From the NCBI GenBank assembly GCA_963793865.1, contig CAWCBP010000002.1, positions 1 through 64,000 of the forward strand: 64,000 nucleotides of DNA, written 5' to 3'. A program made the translations under genes and the position numbers. Shown here piece after piece: positions 1-9,826 of this stretch. The notes beneath the pieces are model-generated. The model made no database searches. It was given only the letters and a program-made list of their open reading frames with translations, and was not told the DNA's origin. The DNA comes from an uncultured delta proteobacterium (lineage in GTDB: Bacteria; Desulfobacterota; WTBG01). Positions within the stretch are counted from its first letter, which is position 1; each line of letters starts with the position of its first letter.

Positions 1-862
1 CTGCCCCACTGGCGCCAACCCCTATGACCTGATCCTGAGACTGCAGGAAGAGAAAAAGATGCATTTTGTGCAACCCGGTGTTGCAGATTTTATTGAGCAG
101 ACACTGACCGCTGTCCCCAACGAAATTATCCCGGGCGACCCGGACAAGCCGGCCCTGAACCTCTGCGTCATGGGCCACGCGTATCCCCTTGGCATCACCG
201 ATAGCAGAATGTTTGCCGGGCTGACCCTGGTCCGGGGAAGTGATTACTTTTCGCGCGCCGTCTTCCTCCACACCGGCATGGAAAGCAGGGTACGCTCATG
301 CACCCAGCGCTACATCGATAACCTTGCGAAGCTCAACAAGCCGGAAATCGTCTTTGTCCATGATGACTGTTATGCCATGGTTGTCAGGAAGGCCCCTGAG
401 TATGGAATCACCGTGCCCTTCAGGGCTGTCCACATCATTGACTATATGCTCGGCTACCTTCAGGAGCATGAAAGTTCTATCAGTAAGCTCAACAGGAAGA
501 TAGCCTACCAGCGGCCCTGCATCTCCCGCTACACGCCTGAAAAAGAGCCCTCCCTCGATAAGCTGTTTGAGCTTATAGGAGTGGAGCGGGTGGCCCGGCG
601 ATATGACCGTAAGAACGCCCTTTGCTGCGCTTTCGGCCTGCGGGAAACAGACCCCGAACGCGGCTCACAAATCCTCACAAGGAACCTGGATGACGCGCTC
701 GACTATGGCGCTGAAGGGATGGTATTTTTATGCCCCGGCTGCTACTGGCTCACCAGCGAGGTGTGTGAGAATCGAGGACTTGCGGCAATATTTATAACCG
801 ATCTCTGCCGCATGGCGCTGGGCGAGATACCCTTTTCCTCCAGACCCTGGAAGGCAGCATAA
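1..862 (+). CDS. (Fe-S)-binding CCG-domain protein (HdrB/GlpC-like), 5' end outside the window
   Basis: Frame is open from position 2 (CPTGANPYDLILRLQ...). Contains CCG-type motifs YQRPC, CCAFG and CPGC. Confidence 0.75.
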   Translation, partial: CPTGANPYDLILRLQEEKKMHFVQPGVADFIEQTLTAVPNEIIPGDPDKPALNLCVMGHAYPLGITDSRMFAGLTLVRGSDYFSRAVFLHTGMESRVRSCTQRYIDNLAKLNKPEIVFVHDDCYAMVVRKAPEYGITVPFRAVHIIDYMLGYLQEHESSISKLNRKIAYQRPCISRYTPEKEPSLDKLFELIGVERVARRYDRKNALCCAFGLRETDPERGSQILTRNLDDALDYGAEGMVFLCPGCYWLTSEVCENRGLAAIFITDLCRMALGEIPFSSRPWKAA

Positions 863-944
863 TCGCTAAGGGATCGCAGCTCATTCCATGACCATTGCAT
901 GCGGATATAAGTGGATAGCGGGCAAACCTCATTCCATAAAGTCT

Positions 945-1583
945 CTATGCATAACCGGCCGCAATAGCCAACTGGACTCCCAAATCAAAAGCTTTCTCAA
1001 GATCCTCTTTATTCTTGCCGGCGTCTCCTTTTGCCAAATTGTTCATGCTGATTATGTTTCCTGCCCTCTGCAATCTGAAATCCTTTAAATTGTTTTCCAG
1101 AACCTCATAGACAAGAGAAGAGCAGAAATACGGTTCGCCCTGGTTGATAACCACAGCCACCGGCTTGTTTTGAATTGCAGTACTGATCTCACCTCCGATT
1201 CTATTTCCTTTATTGTCATAGAGAGCTTTAAACTCCATCAGGGGGAGCATTCTGCTCAGGAAATTTAAAAGAGGAGCGCTTACGGTCCGCATATGATTGG
1301 GTGTTCCAAAAATGAAAGCGTCACTTTTTTTCATATTTTCTAAAATGACTGCCATGCCATCCTCTATCACACACCTGCCTGTTCCCGGTGAAGGCATGAT
1401 GCATGTCAGGCAGCCACTACAGTAATCAATCCGTTTATCTACAATGAGAATTTTTTCCAAATCTATATCAGTCTTGCTCCTGCATCCTGCAACAACCTGC
1501 TCTACCAAAAGTTCAGTATTACCGCCCTTTCGCGGACTGCCAATAATGGCCATAAGCCTCATAAAGCCTGCCTCCTGTGTCAT
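945..1583 (-). CDS. Iron-sulfur flavoprotein / NADPH-dependent FMN reductase family
   Basis: GSPRKGGNT FMN loop, CxxCxxC...C cluster and IFGTP motif. Confidence 0.85.
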   Translation of the reverse strand: MTQEAGFMRLMAIIGSPRKGGNTELLVEQVVAGCRSKTDIDLEKILIVDKRIDYCSGCLTCIMPSPGTGRCVIEDGMAVILENMKKSDAFIFGTPNHMRTVSAPLLNFLSRMLPLMEFKALYDNKGNRIGGEISTAIQNKPVAVVINQGEPYFCSSLVYEVLENNLKDFRLQRAGNIISMNNLAKGDAGKNKEDLEKAFDLGVQLAIAAGYA

Positions 1584-1766
1584 CCAGTAATAAAACCTGC
1601 TTTGTACCCAATGCTACCGACTGTCCTTATGTTTGCAAGAGTATAAGGGAAAAATAAGCACGCGTCAATACAGGTGCCGATTCAACTCGAGAATATTGCC
1701 AGATGCAATTTAAAAAATCAATTTACATCAATAGATGGGTGAGGGAAATAGTGACAAGCCTCATAA

Positions 1767-1805
1767 AATGGAAAGAGGGCTGAATATCAGCCCCCTTTCT
1801 CCATT
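1767..1805 (-). terminator. Intrinsic terminator of hsp20 copy 1
   Basis: GGGCTGA-ATA-TCAGCCC hairpin with extended pairing. A homologous hairpin follows hsp20 copy 2. Confidence 0.65.
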
Positions 1806-1823
1806 AAAACAATCTGCTAAAGC

Positions 1824-2270
1824 TTATTCAATTTTTATTTCGGCGGTTTTCGGCTTTTCCGCTTTCGGAGCAGGCATGGTCACTTCCAGCACGCCGTCTT
1901 TGTACTGGGCGTGTATGTCCTTCTCGGTTACACCCTCAGGTACGCTCAGCGTCCGCTCGAAAGTGCCGTACGACCTTTCAACCCTGTGATAGGTATCCTG
2001 CTTCTCCTCGTGCTCCGACTTCCTTTCTCCCCGCAGCCTCAGATATCCGTTCCGCAGTTCAATATGGATATCCCCTTTCTTCATCCCCGGCAGGTCAGCC
2101 CGCACGACATACTTTCCATCCTTCTCTTCCACGTCAATCGCAGGCCGCCACAGCTTCTCAGGCATATCGGTAAAGAACCCCGTATCGAACCACGTGTCGA
2201 TATCATCGAACCACCGAGTCAGACCCTCAAAAGGTCTCCTATCTCTCCACAGTGTGATTGCCATATTCAT
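1824..2270 (-). CDS. Hsp20/alpha-crystallin small heat-shock protein (copy 1)
   Basis: PAIDVEE, ADLPG, VERSYGTFER and AQYKDGVLEV motifs. GGAGG RBS. Confidence 0.95.
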   Translation of the reverse strand: MNMAITLWRDRRPFEGLTRWFDDIDTWFDTGFFTDMPEKLWRPAIDVEEKDGKYVVRADLPGMKKGDIHIELRNGYLRLRGERKSEHEEKQDTYHRVERSYGTFERTLSVPEGVTEKDIHAQYKDGVLEVTMPAPKAEKPKTAEIKIE

Positions 2271-2402
2271 TCACCTCCCTTTTATATTTGCTCTCTTGTG
2301 TGGCCAAACAATAACCATGGATTAAAGCCGGTCAAGGTTTGAGTGAGGTTGATTTTTATTTTTTTTTGTACCTGATCGACGGGGGTGTGCCGGCCGGGTA
2401 AC

Positions 2403-2596
2403 ACAAAGCCCCTCAAAGGTTTAACCAATGAGGGGCTTTAAGATGAATCCGCAATGCCGTTTAGTTTCTTTGGCTTAAATCTCTCTTTTACTATTGCCCT
2501 ACCAAGGGTTGCTGTAACCAAAGGGCATGTTCACTGCTCTGTTAGATTTTGCCAAATTAACTTATGAACGAACATCACAGACCATTTATCAACTGT
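2403..2596 (-). ncRNA. 6S-like structured RNA (copy 1); core rod 2446-2583, terminator 2405-2439
   Basis: 5' GGUCUGUGAUGUUCGUU pairs with 3' AACGGCAUUGCGGAUU. Internal helices UUUGGC/GCCAAA and AAAUCU/AGAUUU, a central bubble, then UGCCCU/AGGGCA. Has its own promoter and terminator. Conserved paralogue at 62.2 kb. Confidence 0.7.
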
Positions 2597-2602
2597 AGGC
2601 AA

Positions 2603-2630
2603 ATACTAAGCATCAATAAGCCTTAGTCAA
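2603..2630 (-). promoter_or_regulatory. Sigma70-like promoter of 6S-like RNA copy 1
   Basis: TTGACT-N16-TAGTAT, at the same position as TTGACA-N16-TATCTT in copy 2. Confidence 0.55.
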
Positions 2631-2718
2631 GAGCATACCTTGTACACTCAGATAATTTTACCTGCTTGTTAGAAAAAAACAAATAATTTCATAAAACATT
2701 CCCCGTATGGCAGGCCCT

Positions 2719-4035
2719 TCAGGTAACTTTCCCCATAAACATCGGTATTCCAATCCGCTGCCTCCGGTTCTCCCCTTTTAGCAAAAGCTTTTTCCGCTCA
2801 GGGGTATCGCCCCGTTCCCGCTCGTGCTGGGGACGGTCATGGGCCAGAAAACTGCTGCCCAGAAAAACGGTATGCTTGCCGAACCTTTGATTTATCTCAT
2901 CTACGCTTTTGTAGATTTTTTTCATTTCCAGGGCCTTCAGGGCCTGGTTGAACAAATCCAGCTGTTTGATCTTGTCTTCTTCCAGTTTGAAAAGCGCTAT
3001 GCCCGTAGCCCGGTACAGGCAGCGGCTGTCATAGACGGTATCAAAGTGAGCGTCTATGAGCTTGATGATCTCGCTGGGTATGGAGGTGGGGCGGGAAAAC
3101 CGGAGCTCGAGACCTGCGTAGCGGAACGTCTGGAGCTTGAGAAAAAATGCCCCCCTGCCCGCGGCCAGATCATAGCGCCTCAGTTTTATGCAGGCATTCT
3201 CAACATTTTTGGAAAGCTGTGAAAACACAAAGTCACGGTCGCTGGAAGGAGGGGTAAAGGTCTTGACCTTCTGCACCGAGGTGTAGGTGGTTCTCCCTAT
3301 GGTGTCGAGCGGAAACACGAAAATGCCCCTGAGTTCCTGCCAGGTTTCAAAAATGGGCTTGGTAAATCTGCCCTTGACCCACTCCTCGCTTTTCCGGGCA
3401 AACTCAAGCGCGGTACGCACTCCGGCCTTTTTGAGAAAGGCGCTGGTTTGCGGGCCGATGCCCCAGACATCTCCGGCGGGCTTGTGCCGCAGAAATTCAT
3501 GGATCAGATAGCCGGGGATGGCAGTGAAACCCGACGGCTTTTTCCATTTGGAACCGATTTTGGCAATGGTTTTATTCGGGCCGAGCCCGATGGAGAAAGT
3601 GAAGCCCAGCTCCGTATCCACATCCGTTTTTATCTTCTCGGCTATTTTGCAGTACGACAGGCGAAGCGGGCGGCGGAGCCCGGTGATATCGGCGAAGCAC
3701 TCGTCAATGCCATACTCCTCGATTTCCGGCGTGTAGCGGCGCACAATTTCGAAAAACCTTTTGGAGAGCAGGCTGTAGGTTTCATAGTCGGAAGGCAGCA
3801 GGATGGCCCCGGGGCATATCTTTTTTATTTCGGATATGCGCATGCCCCGCTTCACTCCCAGGGCCTTGGCTTCGTAGCTTAAGGAGGCGGCTATGCCGCG
3901 CTCCCTGCCGGTGATTACCGGCCTGCCCTTAAGGGCGGGGTCTCTTGACTGCTCGCAGGCGGCAAAAAAGGCATCCCCGTCAATATGGAGGATGGCCCTC
4001 TCAAATGAGCCGATGGAAAGCGGCTGTTCGTTCAT
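2719..4035 (-). CDS. dinB: Y-family error-prone DNA polymerase (DinB/UmuC-like)
   Basis: HIDGDAFFAACE, SYEAK and GIDECFAD catalytic motifs, VWGIG HhH, QLDLF clamp motif. Confidence 0.9.
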   Translation of the reverse strand: MNEQPLSIGSFERAILHIDGDAFFAACEQSRDPALKGRPVITGRERGIAASLSYEAKALGVKRGMRISEIKKICPGAILLPSDYETYSLLSKRFFEIVRRYTPEIEEYGIDECFADITGLRRPLRLSYCKIAEKIKTDVDTELGFTFSIGLGPNKTIAKIGSKWKKPSGFTAIPGYLIHEFLRHKPAGDVWGIGPQTSAFLKKAGVRTALEFARKSEEWVKGRFTKPIFETWQELRGIFVFPLDTIGRTTYTSVQKVKTFTPPSSDRDFVFSQLSKNVENACIKLRRYDLAAGRGAFFLKLQTFRYAGLELRFSRPTSIPSEIIKLIDAHFDTVYDSRCLYRATGIALFKLEEDKIKQLDLFNQALKALEMKKIYKSVDEINQRFGKHTVFLGSSFLAHDRPQHERERGDTPERKKLLLKGENRRQRIGIPMFMGKVT

Positions 4036-4065
4036 TATAGATTGTTGAAAAAGTGGTTTCAGGTG

Positions 4066-4635
4066 TTAGTAATATTTCCTGATCACCGCGATAACCACGG
4101 CGGCAATTTTCAGCTCGTCTCCGGGAACAATGGTTTTGTACTTCTTATTGGCGGGCTCCAAAACCAGGCGGCCGTTTTGTTTTTTGAGGTACTTCATCGT
4201 CCACTCCTTATCAACCTCGGCAATAACAATATCCCCTTCTTTCGGGCTTCTGTTCCTCTCAACCAGCACCATGTCGCCGGGATGGATACCCGCCTCGATC
4301 ATGGAGTCGCCGCTGACCTTGAGCATGTAGGTGGCCTCTTTATTGGTGATCAGGAACTCGTCAATGGTGATGGTGTCAACCAGCTCCTCTTCCGCGGGCG
4401 AGGGGAACCCCGCCGCTACCGTTCCCAGAATCCTGGTTGCACCCGGGAGCCTTTTGGGAATTAATTTGCCCGCCGCGTCCTTCTTGATGATCCCCCGCGC
4501 AACCAGCCTGTCGACCAGCTTGCTCACGGCGTTGGTGGATTTGAGCCCCGTGATCCGGCCGATTTCGCGAAAGCTTGGCATCCGCTTGTTTTTCTGGTAG
4601 AATTTGTATAATTGCTTTTCGTGATCTTTTTGCAT
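4066..4635 (-). CDS. lexA: LexA-family repressor (wHTH + S24 peptidase)
   Basis: PSFREIG HTH, VAAG cleavage site, VSGDSM catalytic Ser and TMK Lys. Alternative start at 4650. Confidence 0.88.
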   Translation of the reverse strand: MQKDHEKQLYKFYQKNKRMPSFREIGRITGLKSTNAVSKLVDRLVARGIIKKDAAGKLIPKRLPGATRILGTVAAGFPSPAEEELVDTITIDEFLITNKEATYMLKVSGDSMIEAGIHPGDMVLVERNRSPKEGDIVIAEVDKEWTMKYLKKQNGRLVLEPANKKYKTIVPGDELKIAAVVIAVIRKYY

Positions 4636-4665
4636 GGGCTTTCCCTTCATAAGTGTGATAGATTG

Positions 4666-4694
4666 ATTATAGTGAACGAATGTTCACCTGTCAA
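4666..4694 (-). promoter_or_regulatory. Consensus sigma70 promoter of lexA with an SOS-box palindrome in the spacer
   Basis: TTGACA (4689-4694)-N17-TATAAT (4666-4671). The spacer holds GTGAAC-GAAT-GTTCAC (4672-4687). Confidence 0.85.
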
Positions 4695-4742
4695 GCCCCA
4701 AGTTACATTCCGTCAATAAAAATACGGGGGGAACGATAAATT

Positions 4743-5450
4743 ATGTGCGGCCGGTTTTCCCTGACCTCTCCCTGGGAATTGATCAAAAAACGGTTTGATA
4801 TCAACATACCGGCAGATGATTACCGCCTGCGCTATAACGCGGCGCCGGGGCAGGAGCTGTGGGTCATACCGGAAGAGACTCCCAATGACGCTCAATTGTT
4901 CCACTGGGGGCTGGTTCCCTTCTGGGCCAAAGACCCGAAAATCGGAACACGCATGATCAACGCCAGGGCGGAAACCATCGCGGAAAAGCCGGCCTTCAGG
5001 ACCCCCTTTAAAAAACACCGCTGCCTGGTGCTGGCGGATGGATTTTATGAATGGGACCGAAAAGGTGCCAGGAGAGTTCCCTACCGGGTGGTTCTCAAGG
5101 ACGAACAACCTTTTGCCCTGGCCGGGATCTGCGATTACTGGAAAGATGAAACGGGAAAGGAGCTGAAATCTTTTTCCATCATCACCACCGATGCCAACCA
5201 GCTCATTGCCGGAATTCACGACCGGATGCCGGTGATCCTGTTGCCGCACGATGAAAAAGTATGGCTTGATCCCGGGCTGGACATAATGAAGGCAATGAAA
5301 ATGCTGCGGCCCTATCCGGCCAGTGAAATGAAGATGTATCCGGTTTCCACGCTGGTAAACAATCCCAAAAATGACCTTCCTCAGGTTATAGCGATTGAAA
5401 AGGAAACAACAGACCTCTCTCTCCTCCCGGATCACCCCAAAAAAGAATAA
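4743..5450 (+). CDS. SOS response-associated peptidase (SRAP/YedK/HMCES family)
   Basis: N-terminal MCGRF, INARAET, GFYEW and HDRMPV motifs. Confidence 0.95.
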   Translation: MCGRFSLTSPWELIKKRFDINIPADDYRLRYNAAPGQELWVIPEETPNDAQLFHWGLVPFWAKDPKIGTRMINARAETIAEKPAFRTPFKKHRCLVLADGFYEWDRKGARRVPYRVVLKDEQPFALAGICDYWKDETGKELKSFSIITTDANQLIAGIHDRMPVILLPHDEKVWLDPGLDIMKAMKMLRPYPASEMKMYPVSTLVNNPKNDLPQVIAIEKETTDLSLLPDHPKKE

Positions 5451-5532
5451 GGACATTTTGCTTTGTTCCCCCGGTACCCTTATGTTATCATTTAAACATT
5501 TCAACCACACTATACTCAGGAGGAATAAAACC

Positions 5533-6147
5533 ATGCATTGCTCTAACATCGTGAAATCATTTTTTAACATGGCAATGATTATCAGCACACTGTTAAGTGC
5601 TTCGATTGTGTCTGCCGCCCCCCCGGACGGCAAGACACTTATCGTGTGCTCTTCTTATACGGGGAATACCAGGGTTGCCTGTGAAGCTATTCAAAAGAGT
5701 CTGGGGGCCACGGTTCTGGAATTGAAGGACGTAAAGAACCCTCCGGAAAATTTAAAAATGGAAAAGGATGCGAAGCCCAAATGGGTTCTGGACACAGAGA
5801 TAGAACCAAAAAGCGCAGACCTTGCGTCCAGCGACTGCATTGTCCTCGGCTCACCAATCTGGATGGCAACGCTCGCTCCCGCCATGCGCAAATTCATCGA
5901 GCTGAACAGATTCGATGGTAAAAAGATCATACTTTTAACCACCACCAACGCATCGTTAAATGAGGAGCAGCGACAGAAGATTAAAAGCCTGGTCACGGCC
6001 AAGGGAGGAACGGTGGTGGGGTACTACGAAATTCTGGCACAGGAAAAGGTACAGGAAAAGAAAGTAGAAAAGACAAAGGAGCAGATTAAAGCGGAAGCCT
6101 TAAAAATAGCGCCTGAAATAAGCAAAGCCTTTGCTGCGGGCAAATGA
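5533..6147 (+). CDS. Exported flavodoxin-like protein (paralogue 1)
   Basis: AGGAGG RBS, signal-peptide-like N-terminus, SYTGNT, LGSPIW and NRFDGKK motifs. Confidence 0.75.
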   Translation: MHCSNIVKSFFNMAMIISTLLSASIVSAAPPDGKTLIVCSSYTGNTRVACEAIQKSLGATVLELKDVKNPPENLKMEKDAKPKWVLDTEIEPKSADLASSDCIVLGSPIWMATLAPAMRKFIELNRFDGKKIILLTTTNASLNEEQRQKIKSLVTAKGGTVVGYYEILAQEKVQEKKVEKTKEQIKAEALKIAPEISKAFAAGK

Positions 6148-6195
6148 ACCTCGAAAGGAATATTTCCCGGGAAACCGCCTGCACCGCAGTGCGGC

Positions 6196-7320
6196 TCATG
6201 ATATTTCCTCAACCATTGCCGCAACATATTTTCCTATAGCCGGAGACGAGGTAAGCCCGGGAGATTCGATGCCGACAAGATTAATGAAATTCTCAAGGCC
6301 GCGATCCGCTTCATGCCTGACTATGAAATCCTTCATGGGTTCCCCCTCTTTCTGAACTTTGGGATGAATGCCCGCTATGTCAGGATTGATCTGTTCCATT
6401 TTCAGAAATGGCAGAAATGATACCGTGGAGCGGTAAAAATAGTCGCGCAGCGATTCGTCAACCGTATAGTCTATTTTGTCAACCCATACGTCGTAGGGCC
6501 CCAGGCGCATCCCCCCGCCGAGATCGGGGGTGGTGTGTATGCCCACAAAGCCCGGCCACGGCGGCACAGGATAGATGAGCATTGTGGGAAACCGGCTGAT
6601 GCTGCCGCTCACCCGGAAGTACATCCCCTTGCAGTAGCTGATCCGGTAGCCTGCCTCATCAACATCTATGCCCAGCATCGCCGACACGTTCCCCGACTCG
6701 AGCCCCGCGCAATTTATCAAGATCCTGGTCCGGAACTCATAATCCCTGCCGGCCGTGTCGTTCACCCGCACGAGGTATCCGCCGCCTTTCTTCTCCACCG
6801 CCCTCACTTCGGTGTTGTAGACGACGGCTGGCGCCTCCCTCGATGGCAGACCGCTCATAGTATTGCATCAGGCTATGGGAATCCACAATCCCTGACGTGG
6901 GACAGAGGATCGCTGCCCGCGCGGACACCTTCGGCTCTTGGATTCTCATTTCCTCCCCGCCGATGATGCCACGCCTTTAGCCCCGTTGTTCCGTGCGGTT
7001 TGGAGCAGCTGCGGCAGCTGTTCCTCATCCTGTTCACTCACGGCAACAATCAGCTTCCCGGTCCTGCGGTGAGGGATGTTGTGCCGTTCGCACAGCTCAT
7101 ACATCAGCTCATTTCCCTCCAGGCAGAATCTGCCCTTCAGCGAGTTCTGCGGGTAATAAATGCTCGCGTGAATCACCTCGCTGTTCCTGCTTGATGTCTC
7201 CTGCCCGAAAGAGGCATGCCTTTCAATCAGGACCACGTTTCTGCTGCCGTTGGCAACGCAGGAGGCAACGGAAAGCCCAACCGCCCCTGCCCCTATTATG
7301 GTTACATCCGCTTGTTCCAT
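6196..7320 (-). CDS. FAD-dependent oxidoreductase, LhgO/L-2-hydroxyglutarate dehydrogenase-like; split by two frameshifts
   Basis: GAGAVG, ETSSRNSEVIHA, PTSGIVDSH, INCAGL and GIESPGLTSSPAIG motifs are spread over three overlapping ORFs (6946-7320, 6737-6949, 6196-6858). Confidence 0.8.
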
Positions 7321-7392
7321 TACCTATCCTGGATTGAAGTTACGGGTCAGCCTTAAAACAGTTTGTGACGTCAGGCTAGCATCCTGACATCA

Positions 7393-8489
7393 CTAGACAT
7401 GCGTGGGAATCATGCTTGTGCCCGATTTCATGCGGTCCCGCATGGTACCGGCGTTGTAGCCGCTTGCCTTTAGTTTTATCAGGTATGCTTTAAAGGTATC
7501 ATTTCCATACGGAGGCGAAAAGTGGCTGACAACTGACCAGTATTTTGCGGCTTCCAGGTAAAAAGCCATCCGCTTAAACATGGGAGCACCATACTGATAG
7601 CCTTCATGATCTTGATCCGCCGCTCCCAGGATTCCATGGATACAACCGTAAATTTCTCCGGCTTGCCCAGCACCTCGAACAGCAGCTCATTGGCCCGCCT
7701 TAGAGTACAAATATTGTCTTCCACCCATGGCCCGCCCACCGGAAAGATTCTTCCGTAATTATTCTCATTAAAAAGCAGGTTGACAATGAACTCAGAGAGG
7801 TTTTCCCGTGAAATGGGGTTGCTCACCGCCCACTCGCCGTGATCAAAAATACGGCAGGGCCTGTCGTTCTGCACTTCGCTGAAATTGATGGCCAGGTGCG
7901 GGTAATAGGAGGTGGGCCGCACAATCGAATAATTTACCGGCCCGTGAAAATGGCCGATGAGTTCCCCTTCAACCTGGAGTTTGTAGACCTGGGGCAGTAG
8001 TTCCGGGCGGTAGCAGCCGCTATCGGAGATATGAATGAAATGTTTCAGGCCCCTTCCTGCCCCTGCCTGAATGGCGTTAACATTGGACCGGTAATCAACC
8101 CGCCGGCACTCCTCTTCATCATTGGGTCGGCGGCTGCTTAAAAGGGTTATGACCGCTTCCACCGGAAAGGCATCAAAGACCTTCTCAACATCCGCCTTTT
8201 GACTCACCTCCCCTATGACAACCTCAGCGTGCGGATACGTTTCCTGAGCCTGCGCGTGCCGTGCAAGCAGCACCGGTTTATAACCGCGCTGCGCCAGTTC
8301 GGGAACCAGCGCCCTGCCGATATAGCCCGTGCCGCCCAGCACCAAAACGTGCTGCCCGCTGCCCTGACCCACCTTGCCGGTTGTATAGGTAGTATCCTTG
8401 GTTGCAAGCGCTTTGGTAATAAGCAACCTGACTTTCGCCTGTTCCTCATCCTTTCGTTTGTGAAGCTCCTGGATTGTGCTGTAAGCCAT
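7393..8489 (-). CDS. BciA/DVR-like divinyl (chlorophyllide) 8-vinyl reductase homologue (atypical SDR); one frameshift near 7582
   Basis: GGTGYIG, LSSR, VDYRSN, YSIVRPT, IFDHG..SNPIS and PVGGP match DVR as recalled. The C-terminal KYW..PPYGNDT lies in ORF 7393-7581. Confidence 0.7.
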
Positions 8490-8622
8490 AAAGAACCCCT
8501 TCTCTTAAAAGCCTACTCTTCTTATTATTCTTTTCTCACAAAGCGGACAATGAAGATCTGTCTGTCTTCACTTTCCCCTGCGGTAACGTATCGGCGTGCT
8601 CGTACCAATGCTCCTTTTCTTC

Positions 8623-9249
8623 TCATTGGTGCGGAACTGCTGAAAATAACCCCTTTATCTCCGGCACAAGGGCGACGGTATCCCTGATGATCTGTTCTTT
8701 CGCACGTTCTATCTTTTTCCCATCGACTTCTTCTTTGGCAAGGATCTGGTAATAGCCGACCACATCACCACCGGCTTTTCGCACCAGGTTCTTGCCCTTC
8801 TCCTTGTACTTCTCTTTTTCAAAGGCGTTGGTGGTGGTATAAATGATCACCTTTTTCCCGTCAAACCGGTTCCGGTCAATGAACGTGCGAATGGCCATGC
8901 TCAGCTTGCCGGTCCAGATGGGAGATCCAAGTATTATATTTTGATACCCGGTGATCTCAATTTTTTCAGGTTCAATCTTGGTATGTTTACCGACAAGCGA
9001 GCCTATAGCTGTTTTAAAAAAGCCCCACTTGCCTGATCGCTTCCTCAAATCCTTTATTTCCATAATATCAGCACCAAGCTCCTTCTGCAATGCCTCACAA
9101 CCTGCCTTCGTGTTCCCGGTAAGAGAATAATATACGATGAGGGTTTTCCCGCAGGCCGGTTCCTCGGCCGGCAAAGAAGAGGCGTTACAACAAACCAGAC
9201 AAAGCGATACGAGCGCCACTGCTACGCATGTGAAAAGCCGATGTTTCAT
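8623..9249 (-). CDS. Exported flavodoxin-like protein (paralogue 2)
   Basis: Signal peptide, YYSLTGNT, LGSPIW and NRFDGKK motifs. Confidence 0.8.
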   Translation of the reverse strand: MKHRLFTCVAVALVSLCLVCCNASSLPAEEPACGKTLIVYYSLTGNTKAGCEALQKELGADIMEIKDLRKRSGKWGFFKTAIGSLVGKHTKIEPEKIEITGYQNIILGSPIWTGKLSMAIRTFIDRNRFDGKKVIIYTTTNAFEKEKYKEKGKNLVRKAGGDVVGYYQILAKEEVDGKKIERAKEQIIRDTVALVPEIKGLFSAVPHQ

Positions 9250-9475
9250 GGTGAACCTCCGGTATGCAAATTTTTTATGCCGACAATCCCCTCTGTCTTC
9301 CGGCTATTCCTGAAATAGGTTAATATGGTTCATTATATTTGTAAATAACCACCTTCACCCTGCGCACGCCCATTGTCGCCATACGGATGTTCTTACTCAA
9401 AAGGGGCGGCAGCAGCTGATGCAAGGAAAACGAAACGCCACCCCTTTTGAGATCAAAAAGATGGAATCCAGGCGA

Positions 9476-9715
9476 TTACTTGGGGGTCATGAGCGGTTCA
9501 ATGCTTTTTAACGCCATGGCGATAAAAGGCTTGGGGGTAATCTCCTTTACCACTTCAACTACCATATCCTCGGTTACCGCCCCCGCATCACCTGCTTTTT
9601 TCCCCAGTCCCTCCAGCATCTTTTTTTCCGTCATTGCCCTGAAGGGTTTCGGGGAACCTTCCAATAACTTTTGAAACATTTCCTTGCTTTTCCCCTGCCA
9701 GTTAAGTTCCGCCAT
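9476..9715 (-). CDS. Small helical protein, PCP_red (BchB C-terminal)/DUF2621-like
   Basis: LNW...PKPFR...VTEDMV pattern, duplicated PKPF motif, GGAGGAG RBS. Confidence 0.55.
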   Translation of the reverse strand: MAELNWQGKSKEMFQKLLEGSPKPFRAMTEKKMLEGLGKKAGDAGAVTEDMVVEVVKEITPKPFIAMALKSIEPLMTPK

Positions 9716-9826
9716 AGTTCTCCTCCTTGCACGTTATAGGGTTTTATTGAAATGCAGTTACAACACGTGCGAGCTTTGTTCCCGCCTCTGCTGAACTGCC
9801 GGCGACTTCCCTCTCAAGCAGTTGCA

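Noticed and set aside
9321..9345. Second site for the 36307 MarR operator
   Set aside because: Only ATGGTTCA is shared and the palindrome is not preserved.
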